From Tubiluchus corallicola (taxonomy: Eukaryota; Animalia; Priapulida), in assembly GCA_030141605.1 (NCBI GenBank), contig JAQGDQ010000113.1, forward strand, positions 549,187 to 613,186: a stretch of DNA of 64,000 bases, written 5' to 3'. Within the stretch, counting starts at the first letter, position 1. The number at the start of each line of letters is the position of its first letter. The notes beneath the pieces were generated by a model, which made no database searches, had not been told where the DNA came from, and saw nothing but the letters and a program-made list of their open reading frames with translations. Shown piece after piece: positions 59,826 to 64,000 of the stretch. Made by a program: the position numbers and the translations under genes.

Positions 59826-60523
59826 CCAGCTGTGGTGAGAGTTGTTAATCGCAGCTTGTGACGGAGAACTATTTGTGCAATTTTAACGTAAACCACTACA
59901 TTTGAAATTACAAGCAGCAAAAAATTGAAGTTGATCCAATAAATATGCCCAACGTAAGGCACTTCATCTACGGAACATATTCCAGTGTCTGTATCAGGCG
60001 TAGTCAGAGGGCGAATCAAACTCGTGACACCATGTATAAAAGCGTAAAACCAAGTAAAAAACAAGATGATGGCGGTGTGACGGTGGTTGAAGATCACTGA
60101 GTATCGAAGTGGATAAATCACAGCGACATATCTGTCAATCGTTATCAAAGTTTGACACATTACAGAACCAGTAAATAACAGATCAGATAAGAAGGTACTA
60201 GCCATGCAGTTAGCAAATGTCAGCTGTTCATTTCTCGCCCGCTTCGCAATTTTCCACAAGCCAAAGACGGCAAAAACTGTTCCGTTCGTGGCTAGATTTG
60301 CCAAAATGACATTCGATGGTGTGCGTAGAGAACGCATGCTGGCAACGGCTACGGCAACTGAACCATTTAGAATTATCACAATAAAGTCGAATACCAGGAA
60401 TATTATGAACAGTAGGAGTTTTATTTTTCCAATTTTCGCACCTGTTTTTAAGCCGCTGACGCTGTCGGAATTTGCAGAATTTGTTACATTTTCTATGAAA
60501 TTTTGCATCTGCGTAAGATTCAT
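59798..60523 (-). pseudogene. Class A (rhodopsin-like) GPCR truncated after TM5
   Basis: N-glycosylation sequons at the N-terminus, TM1 LNGSV, TM2 PSNVILANLA, TM3 ITIDRYVAVIYPLRY, TM4 Trp, ECL2 Cys, TM5 YVKI. No TM6/TM7; the last residues QQRTNVKS* come from the repeat arm. Confidence 0.85.
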
Positions 60524-61484
60524 TATCAGAACAAATTAAAAACTGAATTCTTTGAGAGGAAAGCAATACATTAGTGTGCATATTCGGCTTGCGTTATGTA
60601 TTACAACACAGTATAACCATGCGCAGATGGCCATAGACGAGTCAATCTAAACGAAGGTGCGACCAAGGTGAAAATTTTTTGTCTCTTTTTACACGACTTT
60701 CAAACTATGGATCAAGATAAAATTTAAAAGGAAACATCCGATTACAATGTGTCAAAGTTTGTAAATGTAACTTGAATTGAAGAACGGGGGTCTTTAAATT
60801 TATGAAGGATAATTACAAGACCAAGGCATTCATCTACGTTAAAGTAAGCTGACACGTTAGGTGTCAGTAGAAACTGGGAGCGCAAATAGAGCCAGTCTGC
60901 AAATACAGCCAATTCTGAAAAGATAGAAATGCCAAAGTTCGTCGTTTTGTGACATCTCAACAACGTTTAAAAATCATATATTCAATGACAAAGGATAAAT
61001 GGAACATACACACAAAGAAGTTAAGCCACTCCTGATGCCATGCATCTCGCGTAGGATATACGCATTACGTGTACTTCAGGTGAAAGGTGGATAGCCAAGT
61101 GGTCACAATGTGCGTCTCGTGACCGAACTTGCAACCTTGAGTCTTACCTGTAAATGAATGGGCGAATTGCTAGTTCAGTGTCCCATCCTAGCGGACTATC
61201 TTCCATAATGAGATTCTGTCTCGTCACAATCAGCTGCATGTTGAACAAACTCTGCCACTGAGTGTTAAAGAGCAGCTTGATGTGTAGAAAACTGTTGCAC
61301 AATGATGAAAAGGTGAGATGCAACACTAAACGGCAGTTCTTACTCAATGTAGATGGTTGTGGCAAAACCGGAATCTGGTGTATTGTCAATAATAACCAAT
61401 AACATGAAACAATGGGCCGACAGAAGCCTCCTAGTTACATTCGAATATATACACCTTTCCTATTATTAAAGATGGGTCTTTTTC

Positions 61485-61486
61485 AT

Positions 61487-61529
<43 letters not shown>

Positions 61530-61593
61530 ACCACCACCACCACCACCACCACCACCACCACCACCACCACCACCACCACCACCACCACCACCA
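61485..61593. repeat. (CCG)n(CCA)n microsatellite
   Basis: Directly visible. Confidence 0.95.
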
Positions 61594-61935
61594 ATATATA
61601 TAAATATGTTTAGTGTAAGATTCATTTCATGCAAAATTTCGTTCACTCTTTATAAGCACTCTGTGAAAGCATAGTATGAGGTTAACACTAGAGGTTACTG
61701 AAACAAGTCAGCATGTTACAGTAATTTTACAGAAATTTCAATACGTGTGCTATATACACAAACATAAAACAAACAAAAAGAAGTGTAAAAGTTTACAGTT
61801 TTACAGTAGTGATGAAGATTGCAAGATGTGCGTTAGATACTGCTTAGAGCAAGTGGGACTTAGCGTCTTGTTTCTGCAGTTTTTCGGCTGTCTGGTGACG
61901 TCACTTTGAAAGTTGCGATGACGTAGAAACATTTT

Positions 61936-62018
61936 ATGTCAACAACAGCTGGTTGAAGGGGACCAAATGAGTCGGTCTGGTACAATTTGGCCCTGATCCA
62001 ACAAGCTGACTTTGACAT
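61936..62018 (-). ncRNA. mir-133: microRNA mir-133 precursor; mature 3p arm 61945-61966 UUGGUCCCCUUCAACCAGCUGU
   Basis: Plus strand ACAGCTGGTTGAAGGGGACCAA is the reverse complement of canonical miR-133; 5' arm AGCTTGTTGGATCAGGGCCAAAT (62007-61985); loop starting UGU; basal stem ATGTCAA/TTGACAT. Confidence 0.96.
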
Positions 62019-62322
62019 CGGTCAACCATATTCTGCTACAGCCTGCATTTTTTCTTTTCCCCGGCGAGAGGTGGCGTGGTGAGACAACAATAATCCAGAG
62101 CACCAGATTACCTTTTTGACTTTCAAGTAGCGTTTGTTATGAAAACAAAATTATACTAAAATTAGAGAAGGATGATATTAACTACATTTACCCAATCATG
62201 TCAGGTGTAATACGTACTATAGCCTCCAATTAACACACAAGTACACTGCAACAAGCAGACAATCAACTTAACAGTGGAATAAACACACAATTATTTTGAA
62301 TTTTTATTCAAGTATTACAGGT

Positions 62323-64000
62323 ACAACAAAGAACAAATGTGAAAAGTTGAAAAATCAGCACTGTGCTTGAATTTGAAACAAGGATTTTTCACAGCTCAAA
62401 GTGTCAGATTAATAGACCATTCAGACCCTTGTGAAAAACATAGATACTGATTAAATTTTAATAACTCACCAGTTTTTCCACCACTTCAAATGTTTGTTAG
62501 GATAGAATTAGTGTCTGTGTTGTGTTGCTCATAATTTTCAAGGGCAGTGTGATCAAGTGGGTTAAGACGTTGAGCTGATTACTCAAACGTCACTGGTTTA
62601 ATTCCAGTCCAAAGTATTTTGCATTTTGGGTCATATTTTTCTTCAAAAATTTAATACCTTTAAGCTTATTACCTTCATTTCCCACTTTAAGATTCTAGTA
62701 TAATTTAATTTTATAACATTATATAATATAATTAAGAAAATTCATTAAGGAAAACTGTTGACTGCAGGTGATACTGGGAAAAATCAATACTCTTTTGTAG
62801 GAAATGTTTTACAACAGCTACCTAAATGATTCTAGTTTACTTTACATTATTGAATCAAATCACAGGCACATTTTGTGTGATTTCAGTATATCACAGAGAG
62901 AGTTCTTCATCACAAAATCTTTGATCAGTATTTTTACACATTTGATTGTTTTCTAGCTGTTACAATTGAAAATGCTACATATAGTTGACAAAAAGTTACA
63001 ATTAGAAACTTGGTGCTGCTGTTTGAAATAAATTAACTTATTATACACGTAAAACCCGTTTCTAAATACTACCACTTTTCAAAGCAGTTAATCAAACATC
63101 TCGATGAGACTAAACAAAATGATTACATATCCGATTTATAAAATTTATCTTACGATATGTAGGAATAGCATATTGTACACCTATAAATTCCATTAGGTTT
63201 TATGCAAAACGCATTTCTTTAGATATATTTTTTAAAATATTAGCTTATTTTTATATTTTTGCGCCAACACATAAATTTGATTTTATTGATGACACATCCA
63301 GCTAAAGACATTTTTCACTTCTTCCTGCAGACGAAGAAATATTTACGAATTAATTATGACGAACGATATTATTTGCACATAAACAGGACTGGGCTGGTAA
63401 ACTAATGAGCCGCTTCATGCTGCCCAGCTTTTCTCCCCATTAAAGGAGGATGTGTTCAGATTCTCTGCCAGTTCAATATCTCATCTCATAGAATTCATCC
63501 TCGGGAATGATTTTGAGTTCCTGTCCTACCACAACAACTCAACATTAGTAGGACCTCACTGAGTGCTGAGGCAGCGTACAGAATTGTATAGTAAAACTAC
63601 GATCTCACACACTCAATCAATTTCTAGATTTTTAAAAAGAGCTTAATTTTCGTTACACTAAGGCATCACTGGAATTGTTGGCTCCACGTGGCGTTAAATC
63701 TGCAAAACACAAAAATATTTTATTGTCATTGCAAATGTAAGTGAAATGTCAAAGTTCTAAGTAACTTGTGTCATTTTACTAATTTCTTTACATATGGACC
63801 ATCTTATCAGCTCTTTTTTTCTTTACGCGAAATTTGCCTCGTTAAAATGCTAAAGTTAAATTTAATTCACACGCGCGTTGATAAGTATTACCATGGCAAT
63901 GACTGAAATAGGGTTAAAAAGAGGCACTTTATTCTCCTGTAGTCAGACAAAGAAAGCAGTTCTCCAATAAAGTATCAAGTGTCTGGCTTCACAGTTCCAA
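62323..64000. repeat. Right arm of large inverted repeat (runs off window)
   Basis: Reverse complement of 58148-59825. Confidence 0.97.
62542..62607 (+). mobile_element. tRNA-derived SINE head (mirror copy at 59541-59606, minus)
   Basis: GGGCAGTGTGATCAAGTGGGTTAAGACG (A box-like)...GGTTTAATTCCAG (B box-like); too degenerate for a tRNA cloverleaf. Confidence 0.5.

Noticed and set aside
62300-62350. Plus-strand terminal exon at TTACAG|GTACAACAAAG
   Set aside because: No upstream plus-strand coding exons found; likely coincidence at the arm boundary.

Overview
AT-rich, intron-containing animal genomic DNA (bilaterian invertebrate; the miR-1 3' end GGAG matches the arthropod-type sequence). Most ORF-track entries are exon fragments or microsatellite noise. 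Left part: a minus-strand integrin beta gene (10 coding exons traced, running off the left edge), a complete 4-coding-exon ARF1 gene (minus), a LINE relic with two nested insertions, and an intronless full-length glutamate-cysteine ligase catalytic subunit (GCLC, plus). The right part is gene-poor and repeat-rich but holds the conserved muscle miRNA pair, which the ORF track cannot show: mir-1 (plus, ~46.3 kb, behind a CArG/E-box/TATA promoter) and mir-133 (minus, ~61.95 kb). mir-133 and a class A GPCR cut after TM5 sit in a 2.5 kb spacer between two apparently identical inverted arms of at least 1678 bp (58148-59825 and 62323-64000). The GPCR breaks exactly at the arm edge, and flipping the spacer would restore the usual mir-1 to mir-133 co-orientation. 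This is either a real fold-back palindrome with an invertible mir-133 cassette or an assembly/chimera artefact; the sequence alone cannot decide.
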